Positions 1 through 12,610 of a stretch of 64,000 bases of DNA are shown here, in pieces. The position numbers and the translations under genes were made by a program. Each line of letters starts with the position of its first letter. Positions within the stretch are counted from its first letter, which is position 1. The stretch is taken from the NCBI RefSeq assembly GCF_009914755.1, contig NC_060936.1, one strand, 5' to 3'. The notes beneath the pieces were generated by a model. It searched no databases and had not been told where the DNA came from. It saw only the letters and a program-made list of their open reading frames with translations. The DNA comes from the human T2T-CHM13v2.0 reference genome, Homo sapiens.

Positions 1-1049
1 GATGATTGGCCCTGCAAGCACAGGTACTGTGTCTGCATCTTCCTTGACTGTTGTCTAGGTGCTTGGCATGAGTTACTTGAGTATTCAGTAAGTCTGAGCC
101 AATAGACATTTGTGTGTGCCGGCACCAGTGTTAGCCACTTGAAGGGCTGGCAGGGTTCTGCCACAGCTCGTAAGCCACCCTTTCTCAATTGTGCTTTGCT
201 GAGCACCAGTGGGGAGGCAGTTCCCCCACCACATCACACAACAGTGAGGGGGCTCCCAGAGTCATCCCAGCCACTCCCATGGACTGAAGAGCCCAGATCC
301 ATCCCAGAAGGCTCTAGCACAGTCACCAGATGTCCCCAGGGAAGGAAGATGACCCTCTCATATACAGCCAGGGCAGCCTGTCTTCCACGGCTCCGCTTGT
401 GTGACTGGGGCCCAGTGCTAAGAGAGAGGCCGATGTTTTCCACTGCCCTGTGAGCCACAAGCACACAGGTGGGTCCACAGACCTGGTGGCAGGAGCCAAA
501 GCAAGAACAAGCAGAGACAGGGTGGCTTCCACCAAAATTCCCATGACTTGGCTGGTCTTCCACAGATGATGGGGGTCACCTGCCCCTCTAACCAGTCCAC
601 ATCCTGCAGCCACTGAGTCTGTCTCGGTAAATCTCCTGGGGAGGCTCTCAGGGACCTTGCTCCAGTGGGACCTGTGTCAGAGGGTCCCTTCAGACACAGA
701 GTGGTCTCTGCAGGCTTTGGGACATGGCGGCTGCAGGATGGGGCCCTGGAGGCTGATGCCTTGGGACAATTTCACGTGGACCTGGCCACCCCCTTGAGGA
801 CAGGAGGTAGAGCTCCACACACAGAGGGGTTTCAAGATGCCCACTTCCAACTGCTGTCAGACCCACATGCACACTCGTTCTTTATGCCTGCCTCCTCTCC
901 GGGGACATAGGGTTTAGCAATGACCCAGGACAAGGGGAATTCTCAGCTGCTCTCATCTACCATGTGTCACTGTGACTGTGACAGCCAAGGAAACCCCATA
1001 CACCAGGACCCAACCAAGGCCACTGCGAGACTTCTACTGCAGTAGGGCA

Positions 1050-4000
1050 GTGGGATGCCTCTCAGACCCCGCCTCCTCAGAGTGCCCGTTTGGAGCAGGG
1101 ACCCATCCTGGACTACTGCCTCACTGCAGCAGAGGGGCAGGCCAGACTCTGAGGGTCTGCGGGACAAAGAATGGACCCCAGGCACCTGGCACCCAGCTCC
1201 CATCCTGTGCCATGTCCCTGCTAGTTAGCACCTCCACCTATATAGGGGCCAGAGAGGAAGGGACAGTCACTTCCATCCACCTGAACTGCTCTTTGGCCAC
1301 CAAAACCTGGAGGGATGGCCATCTAGTTTCAAGTCAAAATAGAACATCTACAAGAGGTTCTAGGGCAGGGCAGCAACCTCCCCAGAGAGCCCAAGATGCA
1401 GGCCCATGTTGGAAGGAGAGAGGGTGACACCGCTCCAGCTGCGGGCTGTGGGGAGGAGATTTGCACCCTGACACCCACTGCCAGCCGCCCGGAGGCAGTT
1501 CTCACCCCCTGCCTGCTCACCCCTTCTGTGAGATGGCTGCAAAGAAAGGCTGAGTCCACATCAGACATCCTACTGTAATCATCTACAAACTCAAAGGGAC
1601 TTTCTGAGACAAGTTTGTAAATTGTTTGCATCAGACCTGATTGAACTAACTCTGATGTTGGCAAGGGAAGCAGACAGTGAGGGAATTCACTCAGGGGAAT
1701 TCTGCCCCAATGAGATCATAGTCAGGAGACACAGAGGAGAGACACTTAGCCACCTTCACTGGCATCACAGGATGTGGCCCTCTGGGAGGTGTGGGGACCG
1801 TTCTGCAGGACAGGCAAGGGGCTTGGAGGAACATCTACTCTATGCATGGAGACTTCCACCTAATGTAGACTTGGCCAAATGATGAAACTGCCAAGCACTG
1901 GGTGAGCCAAGAAGGCAGTTTGAGGACCTGTGAACAAGGCTCTGCAAACGGACAGATGAGCTGGGGGGTGGCTGGGGGAGCAGACACTGCAGCAAAGGCT
2001 CCAGGGCCAGAGGATGCCCCTAAAGCACTCCAGAAACAAGACTTTCAGGGAGGCCACACATCTCCCAATGCACTGGACTGTTGCTGTTGATATTAACAAA
2101 AACTAAAAATTACATAAACAAACCTACCCACTCCACCCACATCAGAAACACATGATGCTCCAGGTCCCACTGGGTGACTTGAGCACTTGTTTGGTGAGCA
2201 TCTGTCTACAGGAGTGTGTTTGCTCTGGAATCTGCACTTTGGGGTTCCCGGGGAGGACTCCTTACCAGCAAGACCGGCCAGAGGACTAGGGAAGGGCGGT
2301 TTTGCTCAAATGTGTGCCTCTCTCATATTCCATCAGCACCATGGCTCCTGTCTCAGAGAAGCTGTCTTTACCCCATCCAGCACCCTAAGACCAGCCTACT
2401 CCCCACTCCCACCTGCCAAAAATATGAATCCTGAACACATCAAAAGTTATATCCTCCTGGTCCCAATTTATATGTTACTTAAAGATGAAGAGAGGAGTGA
2501 CTAGGAGCTGGGTGGCCATGACTCAGCCCTGGGAGCAGACAGGCAGGTGGAGGCTGGAGAAGAGACCTCGTCTGGCTGGGAAACCAGGGTATGGAGCCAA
2601 CTGTAGGAAGAAGGGCTGCCACCCACCAATGCCCCAGCCAGCGACATGCACTGGATCCTGGCTAGTGGATAACCTTTGCATGCTGAGTCCCATAGATTCT
2701 TGACTTTTTCATAACTGCAAAACATTACACTAGACCAGCCTCAGTTCTGAGGGGTGCATCCTGCCATTGAATACCTGACCCTGCCTGTTCATCTCACACG
2801 TCCGGTTGTGTGCATGCCATGACTCCAGCTCTTTCTTCCTGGGGCTATGGTAGTCTAGGGCCAGTCTGATCTCTCTTGGGCTTTCTGTATTTCTTCTCTT
2901 TGAGATCACAGAGGATGTGATTGCCACCCACCCACTGCTGATGTCGATGAACCCTGGGAAGGAGATAGAGATCATAGGACCAAACTGGACATCTTTCCCT
3001 CCCTCTCAGCAAGGCAACCTGTGGCTGGGTGAAGCTGGCAGGAACAATCAGGGGCGCCACTTCCACTTGCCCAATGGGGTCCTCTGTCGCTGTCTGAGTA
3101 GCAAAACTTAAGGATGGCTTCCCAACCCAGAAGCAAGGGGAGAAAGTGAGTAGCATCCACACTAGAGAGAAATTTGAGAGTTTCTAGCAGGAATGTCTGT
3201 GAAAGGAACTGGGGTGTGCAGAGCCTGTCTCGAGAAGGCCCGCATGTGGTGGAAGGGGCGGCCTCCCATGCAGTGGAGGGCAGGAGGAAGGAAGAAGGAA
3301 AAACCCAACAACTGCTCCTCAGTGAAAAGCACAGGGACCTGCCAGCTCTGCTGCATTTCTGGCAAAGCACTTCACCAGCCCCCAGGGGACCCCCACTGCT
3401 CTGGCATCTGAGCTCTGTTAGCAAACACCATCACCCTGTGATGAGTTGCCTCTAGCCTCCTTCCCACTCCTCTCTCCACCTGCCTCTCCCAGGCTCCTGT
3501 CTGCAGATGCCAGGACTGGCAGGACCCCTGTGTCCTCTCCACGCATTCTGAGCGAAGGCTGGTGAGTCTCATCTGAGAGCCTTGTGGGGGTTGCATAGTG
3601 ATTTGTCCTGACTGAGACTGAATGGGGGTCCTGTATTCCCACAGGTCCCCCACACTTAGGGAAAAAAGAAATTAAGCCATTAAAGAAATCAACACAGTAA
3701 AAAGTTATCAATCAGACAGCCAACGCTTAACTTACCTCAGAGGTAGTATTCCTGAACAATTAATCACAGTAAAATAAAGTTAAGAAGTTACACTGTAAGG
3801 TATAAAAAGCCTGGCGAGGTGCTCAAGGGATCTCGCCCAATAGCAGGCAGACCCCACCCTGCCAACTCCCCCACAGTGGCCACGGACAGCAGCAGCCTCC
3901 GCAAGGGTAGTCTCTCCACAGGCGGAAGCACTGTGCTGCCTACCCCATGGGGGGAACAAAATGTCAGTGTGAGGAAGGGCAGGAGACAGACACCCATCGG

Positions 4001-4295
4001 TGGTGGGGGTTCCTCCAGAGCACACCCCAGCCCACCCCATCATCTCTGGCAAATATGCAGACACAGACGCAGGCATCCAGGTGCCCCGTGCCCCAGGTCT
4101 CCCTGTGCCGACAACTCCTCCCCGCCCCTCCACCACTGAGAAGGCTGAGGCTGAGGCAGGGGTGGGTGGGCGCAGGGGTCATATCTGGAGAATGCAGGCT
4201 GGCAACACAAAGCTCAAATCCTCTGCCTCCACAGAGCATCCAGTAGAGGAGCGGGGAGTGGGGAGGGGCTTGTGGGGACACTCCGGCCAGCCCAC
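1050..4295 (-). pseudogene. TSPAN9-like 3'UTR copy following the terminal exon
   Basis: Minus-strand blocks resemble the TSPAN9 3'UTR as I recall it: GGGCTGGCCGGAGTG right after the old stop position, CTCCAGATATGACCCCTGC (~4170-4190), the U-rich block GCTTTTTATACCTTACAGTGTAACTT...TTTTTACTGTGTTGATTTCTTTAATGG (~3675-3810) and GGAGGTGCTAACTAGCAGGGAC...GGGGTCCATTCTTTGTCCC (~1160-1236). The lower boundary is approximate. Confidence 0.7.
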
Positions 4296-4367
4296 ACACA
4301 CGTCCTACTTCTTACCAGTCCAGTGGATGTGCTGGGTGATGGTTATGGAGAAGGCCAAGCCCAGGAT
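4296..4367 (-). pseudogene. TSPAN9: Coding part of the terminal exon of a TSPAN9-like unprocessed pseudogene fragment
   Basis: Minus strand reads tgtgtctttcag|ATC CTG GGC TTG GCC TTC TCC ATA ACC ATC ACC CAG CAC ATC CAC TGG ACT GGT AAG AAG TAG GAC GTG TGT = ILGLAFSITITQHIHWTGKK*DVC, versus the recalled TSPAN9 C-terminus ILGMAFSMTLFQHIHRTGKKYDA*. Acceptor AG is at 4369-4368 and the premature TAG at 4307-4305. The symbol names the parent gene; this is a paralogous copy. Confidence 0.88.
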
Positions 4368-7300
4368 CTGAAAGACACATGGAAGGACCTTCTACAGGAG
4401 CTTCAGCACTTCAGCACTCTGGGCCTGACCTCTGCCCCACAAGTTGGGGTGTCACAGCGCTCCTAGTGCAAGTGGGAGTAGCCACTGGTGTGGTGGGAAA
4501 ATGTCCATGGAATGGAGAAAATGGTGAGCAGAGGTCAGCCGGGTGTGGCAGGAAGGGAGAGGGAGGAACAGGGCAGGAGGACGCCCAGTACAGGAAGGAG
4601 GCAAGGCCTGTGGTAGCACAGCCAAAGCTCAGAGCCAGAGAGCTTAGCTGGTGGCATTCAGGAAAATTCCCTTTCAAAACCACAGAGTTGTCTCAGTGGC
4701 CATGGCCAAGCTATCATCTAGTCTATGGCAGGAGAATCTAGGGCGAGGCAGGGTGACTCAGGGGATCAGGCCCCAGCCAATGTCAGCACCAACCAACCAG
4801 AAGTCGCCAACCACCCCAGTGTGGTCCAGGCCTGATCAGTGCCCTTCTCCAAGCAGGGGCAGGCCTAGGGGCCAGCCTGAGTATCAAGCCTCCCCTGCCT
4901 GCTTTCCCAGTTGAGGGCATTTCAAACTAACTTTAATTCAGGGCTCCAAATAAACCCACATCGAAATTTGAGAAGATGAACTCCCATCCTCGCATTTGCT
5001 TATGGCCTCCTCAAGGGCCAGGATTTGGGTCTGTTGTACTTGTGGTTAAATCCCCAGACTGGGGCCTCACCCTTGGCAATTCCTTTGGGTTGTCCTCCTA
5101 GGATGATCCTGTCTGGGCCCTGCCCTGATTTTGCAGGAGGGAGAAGGTGCAGGCCCCTGGCATAGGGAGGAGCCCTGAGCCAATGGGCATCTCAGGTCTC
5201 CCTCATCACCACTGGCCCATTCAACACATGCACAGCAGGTAAACTGAGGCCAGTCAGGCTATGGCTGTATAGTGAGCCCGCACTTCAGACTCCTCATTTA
5301 TTAATTCTTGTAATTAGCCCAGTATCCCTATGGCATTTTTTTCTTGTTTTGTTTGAACCATATTGAGTTGTAGTTTTAATATATGTTTCTGCCATAGGTA
5401 TATTTCATGCAGACATCCCATTTCTCTGGGGGTGGGGCCCACGATTTCCCCTTGAAGCTACCCTCCCTCCTGAGCTTCTACCCGCACTTGCACGCTGCTT
5501 AGGACCCATGGACAGCCACTGCCCATAGCCGTTCATAGCTGCCACCAGTCTCCCATCGGTGTAGGGGGGGCCCCTCCCCAGGGGTGACCTCTTGTGCTGG
5601 GGCTGGGACCACAGCAGAACATTAGGAACCCTCCTAGGCTTCTGTGTAGACTCGCTGTCCACCCTCTCTAAAAACACGAGCATTTCCAAGACCTGGGTTC
5701 ATATCTTACCCATTTTTTTTCCCCACTGTAAGGTCTAGAATATGCCTGGAATACCAGATAAATATTTGCTTGAGGAATGAATAAATGAGTGATGGGGACA
5801 GGTGGGGGTTCCTGAGCAGACCACAGCCCGGGTACAGGGCCACACCCAGACCCACAAACCCACAGAGAAAGCCCTCTGTGCACCCTATTTTCCCCACTCC
5901 CAGAAACCCCAGGGCCCCCAAATTACTCCCCTTTCAGTCACCCTTGGCTCCTCACTGACCTGGGATAGGTCGTCTGCCCTACCTGCCCCAGCCCCCATCA
6001 CAGCCCATCATATCCCCTGGCTATTTTGGTCACCACTGCCTCATGCCTCTCTGTGGAGACAACCAGTCTCCTGGGGTTGGGTGTCACTGGTGGCCCCCAC
6101 CCCGACCCCTTGGCCCCTCTGCCACCCTCATCCCCTCTTTGCTTCCAGGAGATTTTCAAATGCTAGGGCTCAGCACTCCCCGATGCTTTCTGTGGGCCAG
6201 GGCCAGGCCCAACATTTAATAACATTTAATAAATTAGTGAATGGGAAGACTTTTTTGTTTAAGGCTTTAATTTCACAGCCTGACATGCCTGCTAGTAATG
6301 AACCTGCCAAGAACTTCGTCTCGGGGAGCAGGGACAACATGTCAGTTCCAGGAGTGCCCCTGCTTTGACTTTCAGTGCCCCTTGCCCCCAGGGACCCCAC
6401 AGCTCCTTCATTCTCACAGCCATAGAGGCGGGGGCCAGGGAGGAGGGAGAACTGGATGGTGCTTCCACTTCCACATGGAGAGACATGAAGGGGCAGAGGC
6501 ATCTTGGTCAAAGCTACCCAGTAGGCAGAAGGGCCGCAGCTCCCTGGAACCACAGAGAGGCAGGTGGCCACACAGGGTCTCCCAGGGTCTGAGTGTTCAC
6601 CCTCCAGCAACTTATTCCATTTCTTTTTTCTTTTTTTTTTTGCATAACTTTACTCAAGAATTCTTTCTTATTACCTGAAGAATCTACTTCCCTGTGGCTA
6701 ACACACATCAGTCCTAGTTTTGCTCAAGAAATCTACCAAGAACAAGTAAAACAGGCCTTTAAATATTTGAAGGTATGCATGGAACAATTCAGGTTCCTCT
6801 GCTGAAAGCTGCCTGTCCACAGTTTCCCCAGAGAAACATGTCCACAGTCACAGAGCTCCTTGTGGTACAGCCATGCCTGCTCCCAGAACCCAGAGCCCTC
6901 TTCCCTGTCCTTCCTCATTGGTGCTGTGCTGCTGTGGATGGTGCCTGCAGCCCCAGGCTAAATGCGCTAGGCTAAAGAGACCAGGCTGAAGCAGGGCAGC
7001 CATGAGTCAGGAGCTGGTAGTGGAGAGAGGTGAGGAGGTCCTGCCACTGCCCCAGCTGCTCCAGCCCCAGCCTGCACATCAGGGGGCCACTCTGCTGGCC
7101 TCCCGGAGCCCATCCACCCAGGACCAGCAGCAGCATCTGGCTAGACAGGCTCTACTCCCTCCACCATCCTCCTGGGAGGCAGCCCGCTTTTCCGATTTGC
7201 AGGCACGCTTTCTTTTGGCAGGGAGCTGCTGCCATCTGTGCTCTGGACCATAAAACAAGTTTTCGTCAATAAATTAAGATAGTGACTGAGATGAGAAGTC

Positions 7301-8299
7301 ATTCTGCAACACAGAAGGGGCCAATGCGAATCTAAAGCAAGACTGGGTTCCCACCAATTTCCCTGAGTTCCCTGTGCGCCATTCGACCCAGGCTTCTAAG
7401 AGAAGGAGAGACTCGGAAGGTCACCTGCCTCCCTCTGGCCCCATTACATCCTTGAGGTGGGTAAGCCAAGGGTCACAGTGACAGGTAAGCCAGGCTTTCA
7501 GCAATGCTCTGAGCCAAAATAATGACCCCAATCGCTGTGTTAGACGAGCTAAATCACTCAGACACTGCCTGCCCAATGACTAACACTATAAAACCTCCCT
7601 GCAAATCAAAATGCTCTTCCCCTGGAGCCTCCCCGCTCTTCAGCATGAACCTTGGTTCTCGCAAATGCGCCTTCCACACCTCTGCCTCCAGACCCTGCTC
7701 ACAGCACATCTTCCTACCCAAAAAGCCTTCCTTGTCTTCTCTGCCCTGTTCTCAATCCAATCCAGGGCCTTCAAGGCCAGCTGAAGCCCCACCTGCTCCT
7801 CCAGGCCTGCTGACCCCCTATTGCTCTGCAGTGGCTGCAACTGTCTGTACCCCTCATCAGCCTTAGAGCATTCTCCCACCCTGTGAGCACTGACCTTTTG
7901 CCGGGTGCCTGTTCTGGCTACAAATGGCTGCATGAGGGCAGGAGCCTCTGTTCAGACTTCTCTGTGCAGTGTCCTAGCATCAAGCATGATGCTGGGCACA
8001 GAGGGAATCTCGTTCATAAACAGCCAGATATGGGCTGTGTGAGCCATGAAGGAGGGAAGCAGCAAGCAAGACACGTTTTCAGCCCGGCAACAGAAGTGCC
8101 ACCCCACCTTGGTGCGATGATACATGACCTCCTTCAGCCCGGCTTGTACAAGCCAGAGCAGATGGCAGGAGAGGGGCCATCTGTCCGTCCACTGCCACAC
8201 AGAGAAAGGTGAGCCTCTCTGCATATGCTTATGAGTTAACAAACAAGTAGGCCTTTAGACGAAGCAGTGTCATAAGGCCAAACATCACGGCACCCTGAC

Positions 8300-8575
8300 C
8301 ACATGCTGCTAACGGGCCGCGTCATCCTGGGCATCATTCACTCCTCTAAGCCTTGGTTTTTCCATCTATAAAACAAAAAGTTGAAACTAATAATATCCAA
8401 AGCCCTTTCCAGCCCTAAGAGCCTATGACTGCTCTTCTATTTAGTCCTCCTTCTAGCTGTATGAGATAGGTAAGACAACTGTTATTAGTTTATTTTACAG
8501 ATGAGCAGGCTGAGGCCTCTGAGGCTAAGTGACTTGCCCGCAGAGCTAGGAGCTGGAACCAGGCACTTCTGCCTC
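8300..8575. mobile_element. MIR fragments
   Basis: Core-like motifs ctctaagccttggtttttccatctataaaac and attttacagatgagcaggctgaggc...aagtgacttgccc. Confidence 0.6.
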
Positions 8576-9024
8576 CGTAAGAGTGGCCCCACTTCTCTCA
8601 GGGAAGAGTGCAGGAAAGAAATGATGTCTACCAAGTGCTATGTGAGCTGGGCCTGAGAAGTGCTGTTATTTGCCCCTCACACCCTTGTGAGATGACATCA
8701 TGATCCCCTGGTGCAGGAACCCAAGGCTCAGAGGTGTGACTTGCTCAGGGACCCCGGGGTCAAAGTCTGATGCCATGTCACCACCCTACCTTGGGAGCTG
8801 ACCATTTAAATACACATAAACAGAGACGGAGAAGATGGCAAAGTTTCAGGCCACATTGACATTAAATCACAACTACTAATTATACTCCAACCTGGATATA
8901 AATCAGAATCATTACTTCTGAGTTCAGGCACTTCCCATATGTGGAGTGAACAGAGTCATGTGAGGCCCTTGGTCAAGTGTAGGCTGGGGTAGGCTCAGGG
9001 TGGGCAACTTTAAAGCAGATCTCA

Positions 9025-9325
9025 GGCTGGGCATGGTGACTCACACCTGTAAGCTCAACTTAGGGAGGCTGAGGCAGGAGGATCACTTGAGTTCAGGTGT
9101 TTGAAACCAGCCTGGGCAACATAGTGAGACCCCATCTCTAAAAAGAAAAAAATTTTTAATTTACTGGGTGTGGTGACACGTGCCTGCAGTCCCAGCTACA
9201 TGAGAGGCTGAGGTGGAAGGATCCCTTAAGCCTGGGAGGTCAAGGCTGCAATGAGCCATGATTATGCCAATGCACTCCAGCCTGGGTGGCAGAGTGAGAC
9301 CCTGTCTCAAAAAAATAAATAAAAT
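9025..9325 (+). mobile_element. AluJ, full length
   Basis: Dimeric Alu with A-rich linker and tail; candidate TSD aaagcagatctca (9012-9024) / aaagtagatccca (9327-9339). Confidence 0.93.
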
Positions 9326-9622
9326 CAAAGTAGATCCCAACAGGCCCTCCCTCCACTCCTCCAACCCTTCATGAGAAAGATAAGCACTCCCACCACCAAG
9401 ACCTGGAGGTGGGAAATGATGTTGTATTATAAAGATCGAACAGAGGGGTTAGGAGAGCACCTATGTTAAATTGTGAGCTGGCAAGAGGAGCTAAGAACAA
9501 AGTTCAATGAACAGAACAGAAACAGATTGACAACAGCAAAAAGAAACACTTACTGTACATTTTCATATAAGATCTGAGGAATAAATTTGTTCTTGCTCTT
9601 GCTTATTCAACAGAAACAACCA

Positions 9623-9808
9623 GGCCAGGTGCATTGTGGCTCATGCCTGTAATGCCAGCACTTTGGGAGGACGAGGAGGGCAGATCACCTGAGGTCAGGA
9701 GTTTGAGACCAACCTGGCCAACATGGTGAAACCCCATCTCTACTGAAAATACAAAAATTAGCCAGGTGTGGTGATGCATGCCTGTCATCCCAGCTACTCA
9801 GGAGGCTG
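9623..9808 (+). mobile_element. AluS, 3'-truncated (no tail)
   Basis: Left arm, linker and start of the right arm; ends abruptly at ...cagctactcaggaggctg. Confidence 0.9.
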
Positions 9809-11824
9809 TCTTTTAGGCAATGCAGAATACTCATGACTTATGTAGTCCCCCTGAAAGATTTAACCTGGCCTCCAAAGTCAAGATCAGGGGTGCCGCTGGG
9901 GAGCTTCTCTGACCTCCTGAAGGAATTAGTATCCAACTCAAGAAATGCCAATCAGCCAATGAGGCCACATTTAACCACTTCCATCCCTCCCAGCCCCAGC
10001 CAAGGCACTCCCAAAATCAAAAATTACACTAGAGGCAACTCTCACTGCAGCCCAGCATCAGCTACTTACAACCCACTCGCCTCCTGCGGGGAACCAGACA
10101 CCTCCCATCACAGCGCATGCCAGCCACCAGGCCTATGGCCTTGCCCTCAGGGACTCTGTCACACTGCCCACAGTATGGGCACAGGACCCCTGTGCCACCA
10201 AAAAAAAAAGGAAAACCCATTGGTGATTCCATGAAACTAACACAGGCCCCCATGCTGTCCTCCCTATACCAGCTTACAAAGGCCACAAACCTTTGGGGTG
10301 GCACAGGGACAATCTCAGGTGTATGGCGGCAAAGGCTTGAGAAGGAAGAAAGTGCTAGAGAAAAGTTTAACAGAGCTGGGTTGGGCTCCTTTTTCAGTTG
10401 CCCTGGTCAGCTTCTCCCATTACTTGATGTGGGCTGTGGGTAGGGCCAGTCAGCTGCTGGGGAGATTCAAGCCCAGGTCAGTCCGGGGTCCCCGTCTCCT
10501 TAGACCACCTCTGCAAAGGGTTGGCATGCCACAGTCAGATGAGGTCCATGCACAGCTCACTCCAGGCTCACCTAACACAGCCTCTTTATAAAAAGCCCGA
10601 AGCTGGCGGGACAGACAGAGCCAGGCCTGATGGCCCAAGGCTGACTGTCCCTGCACCATCAGCCCTCCAGCCCAGCCACGTGCCTTGCTCCTCATTGTCT
10701 CTCCTGGCTGTGCACCGCTATTTTGGCCTCTGGGGGACAAAGCAGAGCTGAAGACTTGTAGCAGGGAACCCCCAGGATGGGGAGGCTGGCGCCAGAGCAG
10801 CTCTCCTGGTGGTGGGACAGCTGCTGCCCTCCCTCCAGCCTCTCCCCTGCCCCTTGGAAACCAATAAATACATTTCACACAACAGTCAACACACATGGTG
10901 CATGATGCATGTGTATCATACATAATGCACTGCACCTCTTCACCATGCTGGCACCTACTCCTCTGCTCCCCCTGCCGGCTTCCTCAGCCCCTTCTTCTAC
11001 CCCGATGGTTCTCTCCTTGCCTGCTCAGGCCAGCACTTCCCATGATCTGAGATGTCCGTCCTCCTTCCTCTTCAACTTTTTCTCCAGCAGTGAGTTCCTC
11101 CTCCTAACTCAGGCTTCCAGGAAGGATATCCTTGGCTTCTCAGACCTGAACCTGCCTCGAATACTCATGAGGACCCAGGAGCTACTCCTCACCTCCCACT
11201 TCTCTTCTATCCTGTCAGATAACCAAGGCACGGCCAACTGATCCTCCACCATCCGAGGAACCCGATCGTGTGAGACCACCACACCCGTTTTCAGAATATT
11301 CTCCTTTCCCCTTCTTTGTATTTATACTGATGGAAATTTGCTGGTCATTCTAACTTAGTTCTGTGCCTCAGTTTTCCCATCTGTAAGATGAGGCGGAGGA
11401 TAAAGATACAAGATATTTTCTGTGCACATCTTAACATGAATTTCTTGTTAGTTACCACATCTGAGGGTGTCTGTGTGTGTTTACTGTACTATCCACGTGA
11501 GAGGATTGTACAGACACAAATCTAAGCAAGGGAGTAGCAAGCCCATTCAAGCATTAAGAGACTGATGGGTGGTTTATTCATTCTGTCTGCAAACATCTAC
11601 TGATCCTCTCTTCTGTGCAGACCATGATCACAACAAAGATGAATAAGACACTACACTACAGCCAGGGAAATAGCCACAAAAACAATTAAACTTTAATCCA
11701 GCCATGAGTACAATGATAAGGAGGGACAAATCCCTTCTAGGGTTAGGGAAGTCAGGAAAAGCCTCTTAGCAGAATGTGTGCCTCTCTACCAGGCCCAGGG
11801 AGAAGGTGCAGAGACAGCAGTCCA

Positions 11825-12101
11825 GGTAGGGAGCAGTGGCTCACACCTATAATCCCAGAAGTTTGGGAGGCCATGGTGGAAGAATCAAGACCAGCCTGGT
11901 CAACACAGACTCCTATCTCTACCAAAAAAAAAAAAATTTTTTTTAATTAGCTGGGCATGGTGGCACAGGTCTGTAGTCTCAGCTACTCAGGAGGGATGAG
12001 GTGAGAGGATCATCTGAGCCCCAGGAGGTCGATCCAGGCTGCAGTGAGCCATGATCATGCCAGTGTACTCCAGCCTGGGCAACAGAGTAAGATCCTGTCT
12101 C

Positions 12102-12132
<31 letters not shown>

Positions 12133-12148
12133 CAAAACAAAACAAAAC
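11825..12148 (+). mobile_element. AluJ with (AAAAC)n tail
   Basis: Diverged dimeric Alu; the tail has become (caaaa)n at ~12102-12148. Confidence 0.9.
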
Positions 12149-12344
12149 GAGGGAGCATCCCAGGTAAAAGAAACAGCTTGAACAAAGGTATGTAGTGAAA
12201 CGGCAGGTGGTCTTGAGTGGTGGGAACACAGTCATCCTTGAGGAAGTACCAGGAAAAAGAATGATAAAGAGAGGCCAGTTTGTGAAAAACACCCAAAACC
12301 AAGGCTAGGAGTCTGGTCTTGAACCAGGAATGAAATCCTTAGAC

Positions 12345-12610
12345 CTGTGCTGTCCAGTATGGTAGCCGCCAGGTACATGCAGCCACTCAGCATTGGAAAT
12401 GTGGCTAGTCTAAATTGAGATGTGCTGTCAGTGTAAATACACACCGAATTTCAGACTTAGGAAAAAAGAACATAGACTATCTCATTAAAATCTATATTGA
12501 TTACATGCTAAAATGACCATATTTTGGATATATTGGATTAAATAAAATATATCACTAATTTCTTCTGTTACTTTTTACTTTTAAAATCACTTATGTGATT
12601 TCCATATTTT
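12345..12610 (+). mobile_element. MER33 (hAT-Charlie DNA transposon)
   Basis: ctgtgctgtccagtatggtagcc...aaatgtggctagtctaaattgagatgtgctgtcagtgtaaatacacaccg matches the recalled MER33 consensus. Confidence 0.8.

Noticed and set aside
2501-2725. Minus ORF starting MFCSYEKVKNLW, resembling TSPAN9 GCYEKVKMW
   Set aside because: It lies downstream of the terminal exon inside the UTR copy, and the similarity does not extend beyond about 6 residues; probably chance.
5802-6368. Longest ORF in the track (188 aa)
   Set aside because: Non-ATG start, Pro-rich low-information sequence expected in GC-rich DNA, and no recognisable domain.
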